A DNA stretch of 64,000 nucleotides, taken from Rhodobiaceae bacterium. GTDB lineage: Bacteria > Pseudomonadota > Alphaproteobacteria > Rhizobiales > TMED25. Of the stretch, positions 1 to 9,923 are shown piece after piece (the stretch's first letter is position 1; every line of letters starts with the position of its first letter). The DNA lies in NCBI GenBank assembly GCA_018651345.1, contig JABIEF010000055.1:2463-66462 (forward strand), in the 5' to 3' direction. The notes under the pieces were generated by a model. That model saw only the letters and a program-made list of their open reading frames with translations, ran no database searches and was not told where the DNA came from. The translations under genes and the position numbers were made by a program.

Positions 1-1
1 A

Positions 2-1114
2 CAAAGCAATGAAGTAGAGAAAAATAAATCTCTAACAAAATCCATTATCAATAAGTTGCATAACGAAGGTTTATTCAGGTACCATCAACCTAAACTATGG
101 GGAGGTATGGAATTAGAATTTTCAGCATGGCTTGATATTCCTGAAATCTTATCAAGAGGAGATTGTTCAACAGGATGGTCGGTTGCAAATATTGCCTCAC
201 ACCATAGGACATTAGCCTTGTTTAGCGAAGAAATTCAGGACGAAATATGGTCTGATAACCCAGATGTAATTATTGCTGCTGGCAATATCTATAATCAAGG
301 AGTTGGGAAAGTTGTAGACGGTGGTTTAGTTATATCAGGAAAATGGAACTTCTGTTCTGCCATACAAATATCAGAATGGTGTTTATTTGCATTCCTTGTG
401 AAGGATGGCGATAAAATCCTAGATTGGTCTCAGTGTATAGTCCATAAGAATGATTATGAAATCGTTGATGATTGGGATACGATGGGTATGAGAGGAACAG
501 GAAGTTGTACAGTAATTGTAAAAGATTTATTTATTCCAGAGTATAGAATACAATCAATGGCTATAAACTTCGCTAACCATAAATTTAAAGGGGTAGATAA
601 AAATAAAAATCCAATGTTTCAAATATCAACTCCTTCAATTGGCGGACACGGTCTAGCTGGTTGCTCTGTGGGAGGGGCTCAGTTATGCTATGATATAATG
701 AAAGAATGGGTATTGGAACGCTCCACAAGTACGACAGGAATTAAAATGAAAGATATTCCATCAATTCAGTATAGACTTGGTGAGGCCGCTTCTAAAATTG
801 ATGCTGCAAGATTAATTTTACGTAACGATTGTGTAGAAGTTGAAAAAATGATGTTACATAATATGGAAGTTAATATTAATACAAAACTAAAATACAAAAG
901 AAATGCATCATTTGCAGTACAAAATGTCCTTGATGCAACTAGAATAATCCAACAAATTGCTGGTGCAAACGGAATATATAATAATTCACCAATTCAAAAG
1001 GCTGTAAGAGATGTTCAATCCTGTTCAACTCATATACATTTTAGTACTGATTTACAAATGACACAGTGGGGAAGAATTGAACTTGGCGGAGAATTTACCA
1101 GCGCTACAATGTAA
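2..1114 (+). CDS. Acyl-CoA dehydrogenase-fold flavin-dependent monooxygenase (HsaA/DszC/SfnB-like oxygenase component), 5' end cut by the window edge
   Basis: The frame is open from nt 2 through the listed TTG at 56 (QSNEVEKNKSLTKSIINK precedes it), so the gene starts upstream of the window. The translation (GKWNFCSAI, DTMGMRGTGSCTV, QQIAGANG) fits the ACAD type-2 / group D monooxygenase family. This is a family-level call only. Confidence 0.6.
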   Translation, partial: QSNEVEKNKSLTKSIINKLHNEGLFRYHQPKLWGGMELEFSAWLDIPEILSRGDCSTGWSVANIASHHRTLALFSEEIQDEIWSDNPDVIIAAGNIYNQGVGKVVDGGLVISGKWNFCSAIQISEWCLFAFLVKDGDKILDWSQCIVHKNDYEIVDDWDTMGMRGTGSCTVIVKDLFIPEYRIQSMAINFANHKFKGVDKNKNPMFQISTPSIGGHGLAGCSVGGAQLCYDIMKEWVLERSTSTTGIKMKDIPSIQYRLGEAASKIDAARLILRNDCVEVEKMMLHNMEVNINTKLKYKRNASFAVQNVLDATRIIQQIAGANGIYNNSPIQKAVRDVQSCSTHIHFSTDLQMTQWGRIELGGEFTSATM

Positions 1115-1128
1115 AAGGATACTCGTAC

Positions 1129-2292
1129 ATGAAAATACCATTTGATAATAATAAACTTGACAGATTGATGGACGAACAAAATATCGACTTCTTATTGATC
1201 ACTGATAAAGACAGTGTTCAATATTTGCTTGGCGGGTATAGATTTTTTTTCCTTGCCCATAAAGATTCAATTGGAATAAGCAGATATCTTCCGACCATTG
1301 GCTATCCAAAAGGGGATCTAGAAAATTCCTTTTATATTGGTAATGGGCTTGAAAAACAACAACAAGATGTTGAGCCAATCTGGATTCCAAACATTGTAAA
1401 TAATCAATGGACTAGTTCTCAGGCTGGGATTGATGCAGCAGAAAATATAAGAAAATTAGGCTATGATAAACTTACAATAGGTATAGAATTTTGTCATATG
1501 CCATCAGATACATATATTAAACTAAAAGAGAATTTACCAAACGTAAAATTTGTCGATGCTTTACCATTAATGCAAGAATTAAGAGTGATTAAAACACCTG
1601 AAGAGCTAGAAAAATTAGAATTAGTTTCTAATTACATCACACGTTCAATGGAAAAAGTAATGACTACGACAATTCCTGGTACAAATACATTTGATATAGC
1701 AGAAGAGTTAAGACGAGATGAGGTAAATAAAGGCCTCAATTTCGAATATTGTCTTGTTGCGGCAGGCGCATGTTACAATAGAACGCCTTCAAAAAAATTT
1801 ACTTGGAACAAAGGTGAAGTGCTATCACTTGATTCTGGAGCCAATTTAAATGGATATTTAGGAGACTTATGCAGGATGGCTGTTATGGGTAACCCTACAA
1901 CCCTTATGCAAGATCTATTGTCGCAAGTGAAGGCAATCCAGGATGCGCCGAGAAAAATAATAAGAGCAGGTATCACTGGAAGAGAAATTATTGAAATTGC
2001 AGAAAATGAAAAAAATAAATGTGATCCTAAAAATCATATAAAATTTATGGCCCATGGCATGGGAATAATTCAGCACGAAGCTCCTCATTTAGATGATACG
2101 GGAATTGTTCCCTATCCAGCACCTTATAAAGACAGACCTCTAGAATCTGGAATGGTTTTGTCCATAGAAACAGACCTTAAAAGCGATGAAATTGGTTTAA
2201 TAAAATTAGAAGATACTGTTGTTGTAACTGAGAATGGTTGCAAAGGTTTTGGAGATAATATAAGAGATTGGGTATGTAATTATCAGGAATAA
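1129..2292 (+). CDS. M24 family metallohydrolase (creatinase / Xaa-Pro dipeptidase / ectoine-hydrolase-like pita-bread fold)
   Basis: 387-aa ORF lying 14 nt after the upstream gene. It has a creatinase-type N-domain plus a pita-bread C-domain with metal-ligand contexts (SLDSGANLNGYLGDLCR, HGMGIIQHE, SIETD, LEDTVVVTE). The substrate cannot be read from the sequence. Confidence 0.7.
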   Translation: MKIPFDNNKLDRLMDEQNIDFLLITDKDSVQYLLGGYRFFFLAHKDSIGISRYLPTIGYPKGDLENSFYIGNGLEKQQQDVEPIWIPNIVNNQWTSSQAGIDAAENIRKLGYDKLTIGIEFCHMPSDTYIKLKENLPNVKFVDALPLMQELRVIKTPEELEKLELVSNYITRSMEKVMTTTIPGTNTFDIAEELRRDEVNKGLNFEYCLVAAGACYNRTPSKKFTWNKGEVLSLDSGANLNGYLGDLCRMAVMGNPTTLMQDLLSQVKAIQDAPRKIIRAGITGREIIEIAENEKNKCDPKNHIKFMAHGMGIIQHEAPHLDDTGIVPYPAPYKDRPLESGMVLSIETDLKSDEIGLIKLEDTVVVTENGCKGFGDNIRDWVCNYQE

Positions 2293-2294
2293 AT

Positions 2295-3446
2295 ATGAGT
2301 ATAAAAAAAGCAGTAAATATAAATGATCTTAAGAAATTAACAAAAAAAAGATTACCAAAAATAGCTTATGATTTCCTCGAAAATGGAGCAGAAGACGAAT
2401 TATGCTACAATAGAAACCTAGTATCTTTTTCTGATTATAAACTATTGCCAAGATATTTAATTGATATAACTAAAAGAACTCAAGAAACTAAATTATTTGA
2501 CAAAGTTTATTCAAGTCCATTTGGCTTTGCACCAACGGGGACAGCTGGCCTCTTTAAGAGGGGTGCCGAAGGAATGCTTGCGCATATTTCAAAGAAAAGA
2601 AATATTCCTTATATAATGTCAGGAGCTGCGAATGCTTCAATTGAAGAAATTGCTGAGATATCATCAGATCATACTTGGTATCAAATATACGCAACTCTCG
2701 ATCGTGAGATTGCCTATGATCAAATAAAAAGAGCAGAGTTATCTGGCTTTGAAGCATTAGTCATAACCGTTGATGTGCCAATAAGAACCAAACGAGAAAG
2801 AAATATCCGTAATGGATTTTCTAACTCTCAAAGAATGAAACCATCAATATTTTTAGAAGCTTTAACACATCCAGGTTGGATATTAGAGTATTTAAAAAAT
2901 GGTGGTCCACCTACTATGGGTAGTTGGGTAAAATATGTAAAAGGAAAACCTACAGTAGATGAAACTGTTAAACTTTTTACGAAAAATATACCAGCAACTA
3001 ATCAAACATGGGAAGACATAAAAAAATATAGAGATCTATGGCCGAAAAAACTTATTATAAAAGGTATATTGCATCCTGAAGATGCTCTAAAAGCAATAGA
3101 TTGCGGCGTAGATGGAATTATTTTATCAAATCATGGAGGAAGACAATTAGACAGAGCCCCAACACCAATAGATGTTTTACCAGAGATATCTCAACTAGTA
3201 GGAAACAAAATTGATGTGATGATAGATGGAGGAATAAGAAGAGGAAGTGATATTATAATTGCATTATGTCTAGGTGCTAAATTTGTATTTATAGGGAGAG
3301 CTGGTTTATATGGAGCTGCAGCTGGAGGATTAGAAGGTATAGACAAAGCATATAACATATTAAGGGAAGAAATAGATCAAAACCTTGGTCAAATAGGATG
3401 TACGAATATATCAAATTTAGGAGATGAATGGCTATTCAATAAATAA
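2295..3446 (+). CDS. FMN-dependent alpha-hydroxy acid dehydrogenase/oxidase (LldD / glycolate oxidase family)
   Basis: 383 aa, with a 2-nt gap to the upstream gene. Family motifs are present: SNHGGRQLD, DGGIRRGSDI and the N-terminal FLENGAEDE context. Confidence 0.85.
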   Translation: MSIKKAVNINDLKKLTKKRLPKIAYDFLENGAEDELCYNRNLVSFSDYKLLPRYLIDITKRTQETKLFDKVYSSPFGFAPTGTAGLFKRGAEGMLAHISKKRNIPYIMSGAANASIEEIAEISSDHTWYQIYATLDREIAYDQIKRAELSGFEALVITVDVPIRTKRERNIRNGFSNSQRMKPSIFLEALTHPGWILEYLKNGGPPTMGSWVKYVKGKPTVDETVKLFTKNIPATNQTWEDIKKYRDLWPKKLIIKGILHPEDALKAIDCGVDGIILSNHGGRQLDRAPTPIDVLPEISQLVGNKIDVMIDGGIRRGSDIIIALCLGAKFVFIGRAGLYGAAAGGLEGIDKAYNILREEIDQNLGQIGCTNISNLGDEWLFNK

Positions 3447-3469
3447 TTATAAAAGATTTAGGAAAAAAA

Positions 3470-4336
3470 ATGGAAATTAAACCAATAACACCAACCATAG
3501 GTGCGGAAATTATTGGAGCAAACTTAGAAAATCTTTCAAACTCTGAATTTAATGAGATTGAAGAAGCTTTTATTAAACACCAAGTCATATTTTTTAGAGA
3601 TCAGCCGTTACTTTCAGTAGATACACAAATTCAATTTGGCAAACGATTTGGTAATCTTCATTTTCATCCTGCCGCCCCTCACCACGAAAAATATCCAGAA
3701 ATTTTTGTAATACATGCAGATAAAGATTCAAAATTTGCTGATGGCAACGGTTGGCATACCGATGTCTCTTGTGACACTGAACCTCCTCTCGGTACATGCT
3801 TACAGCTTCACATATTACCTCCATCAGGAGGAGACACCCTATACTCTAGTATGTATGCTGCATTTGAAACTCTATCAGAAAAAATGCAATATTTTTTAAC
3901 TGATCTTACAGCAATACATGAATCAGAACATATCTATAGAGGTCGTTATGACCATAGAGGTGTTGATAATTCAAAAAAGATATTTCCTTCAGCAGAGCAC
4001 CCTGTTATTTGTACCCACCCAAAGTCAGGAAGAAATGCGCTTTACATAAACCCAAGTTTTACAACAAAAATCAAAGAACTATCTGATCAAGAAAGCGCCT
4101 CTTTATTAAGTTTTCTATTCAAGCATCAACAAAGACCAGAATTTCAGATTAGATTCAAGTGGTCAAAAAATGCCATTGCATTATGGGATGACCGATGCAC
4201 GCAACATTTTGCAATTTGGGATTACTGGCCTAATGAAAGAAAAGGTCATAGAGTTACAATCAAAGGGTCAAAGCCTTTTTTTAAAAATAAAAAACTTAAT
4301 ACCAGTCAAATGAAATTATCAGCAAAATTAGGCTAA
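3470..4336 (+). CDS. TauD/TfdA family Fe(II)/2-oxoglutarate-dependent dioxygenase
   Basis: 288 aa with the HxD iron motif in WHTDVS, a distal His context (HPVICTHP), and C-terminal ALWDDRCTQHFA typical of taurine-dioxygenase-like enzymes. It is the last gene of a tightly spaced four-gene string. Confidence 0.8.
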   Translation: MEIKPITPTIGAEIIGANLENLSNSEFNEIEEAFIKHQVIFFRDQPLLSVDTQIQFGKRFGNLHFHPAAPHHEKYPEIFVIHADKDSKFADGNGWHTDVSCDTEPPLGTCLQLHILPPSGGDTLYSSMYAAFETLSEKMQYFLTDLTAIHESEHIYRGRYDHRGVDNSKKIFPSAEHPVICTHPKSGRNALYINPSFTTKIKELSDQESASLLSFLFKHQQRPEFQIRFKWSKNAIALWDDRCTQHFAIWDYWPNERKGHRVTIKGSKPFFKNKKLNTSQMKLSAKLG

Positions 4337-4394
4337 CATAGCTAACATAAATATATTTATAAAATAAATACTAATTTGATTTTTGAATTTTCAA

Positions 4395-4450
4395 TTGAGA
4401 ATAATTCTTAATTGCATTATTTACTTGCGAATAATTCTTAGTTGCATTAT
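4395..4450 (+). promoter_or_regulatory. Tandem 26-bp promoter/operator repeat upstream of the metal ABC importer (candidate Fur/Mur/Zur-family operator)
   Basis: Copy 1 is 4395-4420 TTGAGAATAATTCTTAATTGCATTAT and copy 2 is 4425-4450 TTGCGAATAATTCTTAGTTGCATTAT (24/26 identical, 30-bp period). Each copy carries a -35/-10-like pair with a 17-nt spacer (TTGAGA..TATTTA; TTGCGA..TATAAA). Copy 1 lies inside the 23-bp near-palindrome CAATTGAGAATAATTCTTAATTG (4392-4414). Confidence 0.5.
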
Positions 4451-4490
4451 AAAATAATAATTATAATTTTAAGGGGTTAAATACTTTACT

Positions 4491-5381
4491 ATGCTAAGAA
4501 AAATAATCTCATTAATAATATTATCATATTTTATTATACCATCCATATCTAATGCTAATGAAAAATTTAAAGTTATTACAACCTTTACGGTAATCGCAGA
4601 TATTGCTAAAAATGTTGCTGGTGATGCAGCAATCGTTGAATCAATAACAAAACCGGGAGCAGAAATACATGGCTATCAGCCAACTCCACGCGATATAATA
4701 AAAGCTCAAGATGCAGATTTAATATTATGGAACGGACTGGGTTTAGAGGTTTGGTTCGAACAGTTCTTTAATAATTTAAAAGATATACCTGCAGTTACAA
4801 TAACAAAAGGCATAGAGCCAATTGGTATAAGAGAAGGACCGTATACCGGTAAACCTAATCCCCATGCCTGGATGTCATTAGATTCTGCAATTATTTATAT
4901 AAATAATATAAAAGATTCTTTAATACAATACGATCCTATAAACGCTAAAATATATATTGAAAATGCTGAAAATTATATACTAGAACTTTCAGATCATTTA
5001 ATACCAATTCGAGAAAAAATTCTATCAATTCCCGAAGAAAAAAGATGGTTGGTTACAAGCGAAGGTGCCTTTAGTTATTTAACCCGTGATTATAAAATGA
5101 AAGAACTATTCTTGTGGCCTATGAATGCAGATCAACAGGGAACCCCTCAACAAGTACGTAAAGTTATTGATTTAGTAAAAGAACACAATATTAAAGTAAT
5201 ATTTAGTGAAAGTACTATTTCCCCTAAACCAGCAATGCAAGTAGCAAGGGAAACTAAAATTGCATACGGGGGGATATTATATGTAGATTCTTTAACAAAA
5301 GCAGATGGCGATGTTCCTACATACCTTGATTTACTTAGAGTAACAAGTGAAACTATAGCCAGGGGCTTGAATGCAGAATAA
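4491..5381 (+). CDS. sitA: Periplasmic metal-binding protein of a Mn/Fe(Zn) ABC importer (TroA/SitA/MntC cluster-9 SBP)
   Basis: N-terminal signal peptide ([15 protein letters not shown]). SBP-family contexts [16 protein letters not shown] and WLVTSEGAF are present. It is the first gene of an SBP-ATPase-permease-permease operon, the SitABCD/YfeABCD layout. Metal specificity is not proven. Confidence 0.85.
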   Translation: MLRKIISLIILSYFIIPSISNANEKFKVITTFTVIADIAKNVAGDAAIVESITKPGAEIHGYQPTPRDIIKAQDADLILWNGLGLEVWFEQFFNNLKDIPAVTITKGIEPIGIREGPYTGKPNPHAWMSLDSAIIYINNIKDSLIQYDPINAKIYIENAENYILELSDHLIPIREKILSIPEEKRWLVTSEGAFSYLTRDYKMKELFLWPMNADQQGTPQQVRKVIDLVKEHNIKVIFSESTISPKPAMQVARETKIAYGGILYVDSLTKADGDVPTYLDLLRVTSETIARGLNAE

Positions 5382-6204
5382 AGAAAATCAAGGGATATAC
5401 GTTAATGATGTTTCTGTAATATACAGAAATGGACATCAGGCCATAAAAGATACATCATTTCAAATTCCTACTAGCACAATTACAGCTTTAGTTGGCGTAA
5501 ATGGATCAGGAAAATCAACATTATTTAAAGCAATTATGGATTTAGTTCCCCTCGCAAAAGGGGAGATAAATGTTCTAAATCAATCGAATAAAGTTGCTCT
5601 AAAAAATAACATTATAAGTTATGTACCTCAGTCAGAAGAAGTAGATTGGAGTTTCCCTGTATTGGTTGAAGATGTTGTAATGATGGGCAGATATGGATAC
5701 ATGAATTTTTTTAGAATTCCATCAGAACTAGATAAGCAAGAAGTTACAGAAGCGCTAGAAAAAGTTAATATGAATCAATATCGTAAAAGACAAATTGGTG
5801 AGTTATCAGGCGGACAAAGAAAAAGAGTTTTCATCGCGAGAACTTTAGCGCAAAAAAGTGATGTGATACTCCTAGACGAACCATTTACTGGCGTTGATGT
5901 TAAAACAGAAGAATCTATTATCAAATTAATGAAAGAATTAAGAGATATTGGTAAAATTATATTAGTATCTACGCATAATCTTGGAAGTGTCCCTGAATTT
6001 TGTGATAGAACTGTTTTAATTAAAGGTACCGTATTAGATTACGGATTAACAAAAGATATTTTCAATCAAAAAAATCTTGAGAATACGTTTGGTGGCGTTT
6101 TAAGACATTTTGTCTTACCTGAATCTGAAGGTAAACATTCATTAACCATACTAACAGACGACGAAAGACCTTTTGTATCCATAGATAAAAACAATAAAGT
6201 TTGA
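5371..6204 (+). CDS. sitB: Metal ABC importer ATP-binding protein
   Basis: Walker [13 protein letters not shown] signature LSGGQRKR and Walker B ILLDEP. The start overlaps sitA by 11 nt. Confidence 0.9.
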   Translation: MQNKENQGIYVNDVSVIYRNGHQAIKDTSFQIPTSTITALVGVNGSGKSTLFKAIMDLVPLAKGEINVLNQSNKVALKNNIISYVPQSEEVDWSFPVLVEDVVMMGRYGYMNFFRIPSELDKQEVTEALEKVNMNQYRKRQIGELSGGQRKRVFIARTLAQKSDVILLDEPFTGVDVKTEESIIKLMKELRDIGKIILVSTHNLGSVPEFCDRTVLIKGTVLDYGLTKDIFNQKNLENTFGGVLRHFVLPESEGKHSLTILTDDERPFVSIDKNNKV

Positions 6205-7070
6205 TTGTGATGATAGAAATACTCCTAAAACCCTTCGAATATAGTTATATGGTAAATGCTATGTGGGTTAGCGGGCTAATTGGATGTATTTGCGCCTTTT
6301 TATCATGTTACCTTATGTTAAAAGGGTGGTCTTTGATTGGTGACGCGTTAAGTCATTCGATTGTTCCTGGAGTAGCTGCAGCTTATATATTGGGATTTCC
6401 ATTTGCAATAGGCGCTTTTTTTTCTGGAGGACTTGCCGCGGCAACAATGATGTTCTTAAATGCAAAATCTGGCTTAAAAGAAGATACAATAATTGGTTTA
6501 ATATTCACATCATACTTTGGATTGGGTCTCTTTATGATATCCTTATCTCCAATGTCTGTTGATATTCAAACAATTACTTTAGGTAATATCCTTGCAATTA
6601 CGCCAGCTGACACAATACAATTAGTAATCATAGGTTTAATTACGTTAATTACTTTATCATTAAAATGGAAAGATTTAATGTTAACGTTTTTTGATGAAAT
6701 ACATGCAAAAAGTGTTGGTATTAATACCACTATGATGAAATTTATATTTTTTGTATTACTTTCAGCCTCTACCGTAGCTGCCATGCAGACTGTTGGAGCA
6801 TTTCTTGTAATCGCAATGGTCGTTACCCCTGGCGCAACGGCCTATCTAATAACAGATCGATTTCCAAAACTTCTATTAATAAGTATTTTAATTGGATCAA
6901 CAACAAGTTTTATTGGAGCCTATATAAGCTTCTTTTTAAACGGAGCAACTGGTGGCATTATTGTATCATTGCAAACTTTATTTTTTATATTGGCTTTTAT
7001 AGCTTCTCCCAAATATGGTCTATTAGCTAACGCTAGAAGAATACATAAAATCAAAAACAAAACGATATGA
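6201..7070 (+). CDS. sitC: Metal ABC importer permease (ABC-3 family)
   Basis: Polytopic membrane protein of the ABC-3 (ZnuB/SitC) type ([13 protein letters not shown]). A 4-nt overlap with sitB indicates translational coupling. Confidence 0.85.
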   Translation: MIVMIEILLKPFEYSYMVNAMWVSGLIGCICAFLSCYLMLKGWSLIGDALSHSIVPGVAAAYILGFPFAIGAFFSGGLAAATMMFLNAKSGLKEDTIIGLIFTSYFGLGLFMISLSPMSVDIQTITLGNILAITPADTIQLVIIGLITLITLSLKWKDLMLTFFDEIHAKSVGINTTMMKFIFFVLLSASTVAAMQTVGAFLVIAMVVTPGATAYLITDRFPKLLLISILIGSTTSFIGAYISFFLNGATGGIIVSLQTLFFILAFIASPKYGLLANARRIHKIKNKTI

Positions 7071-7921
7071 ATATGATAAATTTATTATTACAACCCTTTG
7101 AATTTGAATTCATGATTAATGCATTTTTAATATCTATTGCAATATCTATTCCTGCATCAATATTATCATGCTATTTGATACTCAAAGGATGGTCTCTAAT
7201 GGGAGACGCGATATCTCATGCCGTTTTACCTGGAATAGTAGTAGCTTATATAATAAATATACCCCTAATTATAGGTGCATTTATTGCAGGATTATTATGC
7301 ACATTTTTTACGGGATTTATATCTGATAATTCAAGGGTTAAGCAAGATACTGTTATGGGCGTTGTCTTCTCAGGCATGTTTGCAGTTGGAATTGTAATTT
7401 ATACTAAGATTGATTCAAATTTACATTTAGATCACATTTTATTCGGCAATATGCTTGGTATAAATAAACAAGATCTAATTATTACATCAATAATAACAAC
7501 CTTAATATCTATAGTTATATTTATTAAATGGAAAGATTTATTAGTTTTCTGTTTTGATCCTATTCAATCTAAAGCACTTGGGCTAAATATAAAATACTTA
7601 CATTATGGATTATTGATACTTTTATCCTTAACTATCGTAACAATACTTAAAGCTGTTGGAATTATATTAGCAATATCTCTTTTAATTACACCAGGTGCGA
7701 TAGCTTTTTTAATAACAAAAAAATTTAGTCATATGCTTTTATATTCGATAATAATATCAACTGCTTCAACATTATCGGGAGTCTATATGAGTTTTTATAT
7801 TGATAGTGCTCCAGCGCCTACAATCGTTCTAGTTATGACAATTGTATTTATAATTACTTTTATAATTTCTAGTTTTAAAAAGACATATAATCCAGAATAC
7901 AATAATATCAAAAATAACTAA
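7067..7921 (+). CDS. sitD: Metal ABC importer permease, second subunit (ABC-3 family)
   Basis: Paralogue of the preceding permease (GDAISHAVLPGIV), with a 4-nt overlap. A second permease gene is diagnostic of the SitABCD/YfeABCD arrangement. Confidence 0.85.
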   Translation: MNMINLLLQPFEFEFMINAFLISIAISIPASILSCYLILKGWSLMGDAISHAVLPGIVVAYIINIPLIIGAFIAGLLCTFFTGFISDNSRVKQDTVMGVVFSGMFAVGIVIYTKIDSNLHLDHILFGNMLGINKQDLIITSIITTLISIVIFIKWKDLLVFCFDPIQSKALGLNIKYLHYGLLILLSLTIVTILKAVGIILAISLLITPGAIAFLITKKFSHMLLYSIIISTASTLSGVYMSFYIDSAPAPTIVLVMTIVFIITFIISSFKKTYNPEYNNIKNN

Positions 7922-7933
7922 AAAAGAGAATAA

Positions 7934-8917
7934 CTATGAATTATCAACGTCTGTCCATATAGATTCATTGTTAGCTGATTTAACCATAGCTTCATAGGCG
8001 GCGATACCTGAGACTGCTTGTTCCATTGAAACTGGAAAATCTTGATTCAGTGATATTGAATCAGCAAAAGATTCCAAAGCTAATCCCACAATATTAGTAT
8101 CTGGATAGCTTGTAACTTTTTCTTTATTATCCAAACCTTTCAATATTAATTTACTTTCTCCATCCATCAGCACATAGCCTTTAGATCCATATACATGCAA
8201 CCTCCAAATATCTGCCGTTACATATATCGAACCTAAATATCCACTTATTCCATTTTCGAATTTCATCATCATTGAAGTTGTATCATCAACATCAACATCC
8301 ACAATCCTTCTATTACTCATACCGGATATAGATTTTACATTACCTGCAATACTTATCATCGCATCTAAAACATGAATTCCCCTAGCAGCCATAGCACCTC
8401 CTGGACTTTCTTCTCTATTCGCTCTCCACATCCCCTCTTTTAATTTATATGCACTTGGACCGGATTGTTCACCCTCTATATGTAATATTTCACCTATTTT
8501 CCCATCGTTTATGATGCTCAATAAATCAAGGTATGCGGGCTGGAAACGACGACTGAAACCAACTCCTAATTTTAAATTATTTTTCTTTAATGATTCTATA
8601 CATCTAATTGCATCTGATTTAACTAAAGTAATGGGCTTTTCTACAAATACATGCTTTCCTTTTTCTGCTGCTTGAATAATTTGATCTGTATGCAAGGAGT
8701 GAGGAGTGGTTAATACAACAGCATCAATAGAATTATTATTAATCACATCTTCGTAAGAATTCATTGCTGTAATATTTTTCTCATTTAGATAATCTGAATG
8801 CTGATCAGTATTTCGTGACATCGCAGCTACAAAGGATATTTTTTTACTTTTTTCTTGAACGCAATCTATTGAGTGTTTACCCCACCAACCTAATCCAATC
8901 ATCGCTGCCTTTATCAT
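7934..8917 (-). CDS. Gfo/Idh/MocA family NAD(P)-dependent oxidoreductase
   Basis: N-terminal Rossmann motif MIGLGWWG, the family EKP motif (VFVEKPITL) and a C-terminal alpha/beta domain. It is convergent with sitD across a 12-nt gap. Confidence 0.8.
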   Translation of the reverse strand: MIKAAMIGLGWWGKHSIDCVQEKSKKISFVAAMSRNTDQHSDYLNEKNITAMNSYEDVINNNSIDAVVLTTPHSLHTDQIIQAAEKGKHVFVEKPITLVKSDAIRCIESLKKNNLKLGVGFSRRFQPAYLDLLSIINDGKIGEILHIEGEQSGPSAYKLKEGMWRANREESPGGAMAARGIHVLDAMISIAGNVKSISGMSNRRIVDVDVDDTTSMMMKFENGISGYLGSIYVTADIWRLHVYGSKGYVLMDGESKLILKGLDNKEKVTSYPDTNIVGLALESFADSISLNQDFPVSMEQAVSGIAAYEAMVKSANNESIWTDVDNS

Positions 8918-8989
8918 CTAAAATTCTCCCGTTTATTTATATAATATATTTTTATATCAATTTTTACTTTTTAATTATATAAAAAAATT

Positions 8990-9316
8990 ATGTTTAAAGA
9001 GTTCAGGTGGAAAAATAGATTATTAATTTATGTTTATAATATTTACAAAAAAAAAGATTTTTGTGAAATAGAAAATTTTTTTGTAAAAAATATTAAAGAT
9101 ATAAGCGAACGTAACCTTCTATTACTTAAGCTTGATATAAAAATAAACGACATAAATACTATTAGTAATATAAAAACAAAAAAACCTGGTCTTGTTCTTA
9201 TAGGACTTGATGGAACTGAAAAATCTCATTCAACTGATATTAGCTTAATAAATAATTTATTTGATATTATAGACTCCATGCCGATGCGATTATCAAAAAA
9301 TAATAAAATAAAATAA
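8990..9316 (+). CDS. DUF4174-like small protein (hypothetical)
   Basis: 108 aa. FRWKNRLLIYV near the N-terminus, LIGLDGTEK in the middle and a C-terminal IDSMPMR match my recollection of the DUF4174 consensus. This is from memory, not a search. Confidence 0.5.
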   Translation: MFKEFRWKNRLLIYVYNIYKKKDFCEIENFFVKNIKDISERNLLLLKLDIKINDINTISNIKTKKPGLVLIGLDGTEKSHSTDISLINNLFDIIDSMPMRLSKNNKIK

Positions 9317-9317
9317 A

Positions 9318-9707
9318 ATGCCATCATTTAGCAAAAGACAAATTGTATCGGGAATTAGGGATTTAATTATTCTTGGAATTATATTAATTATTTCCAAAAA
9401 TTTTTTAATAAATTTTGAAAAATCAAATATATTATATTACATTATATTGTTATTTATAGGTGTTATAGGGTTATATTGCTTAATTAAAATGATATGGGCT
9501 GTGATCGCTTCTATTTTAATTCTAACAACAATTAACTATTACTTTTACAATCATACAACAAAATTCCAACATCTCTTATTAGATATTAGCGCATTATTGA
9601 ATATGTTTATCTATTTATATTTACTATCTATAACATATGATATTTTATCACATATTAATAAAAGTGATATTTTAATTCTTCTTTTTAAGAGTATTAAGTT
9701 TATCTAA
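9318..9707 (+). CDS. Hypothetical small integral membrane protein
   Basis: 129 aa with about four hydrophobic segments and no recognisable family. It starts 1 nt after the previous stop and is extremely AT-rich, so it rests mainly on ORF length and coupling. Confidence 0.4.
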   Translation: MPSFSKRQIVSGIRDLIILGIILIISKNFLINFEKSNILYYIILLFIGVIGLYCLIKMIWAVIASILILTTINYYFYNHTTKFQHLLLDISALLNMFIYLYLLSITYDILSHINKSDILILLFKSIKFI

Positions 9708-9782
9708 ATAAAATTTATTTACAGATTTTTTACAAAAAAAATACATATTAATTTTATAATAGATACAACTTTTATATGAATA

Positions 9783-9858
9783 TGGTGGGCCCGGCAGGAT
9801 TCGAACCTGCGACAAAGTGATTAAGAGTCACCTGCTCTACCAACTGAGCTACGGGCCC
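9783..9858 (-). tRNA. tRNA-Lys (anticodon CUU), CCA encoded
   Basis: The minus-strand read GGGCCCGTAGCTCAGTTGGTAGAGCAGGTGACTCTTAATCACTTTGTCGCAGGTTCGAATCCTGCCGGGCCCACCA folds by hand into a 76-nt cloverleaf. It has a 7-bp acceptor stem, D arm GCTC/GAGC, anticodon loop CTCTTAA and T arm GCAGG-TTCGAAT-CCTGC. Confidence 0.92.
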
Positions 9859-9923
9859 GAATAAAGTATTTATACCTAACAACATCTAGGATATAAAATA
9901 CATAGCATTTTTTTCTACGACAA

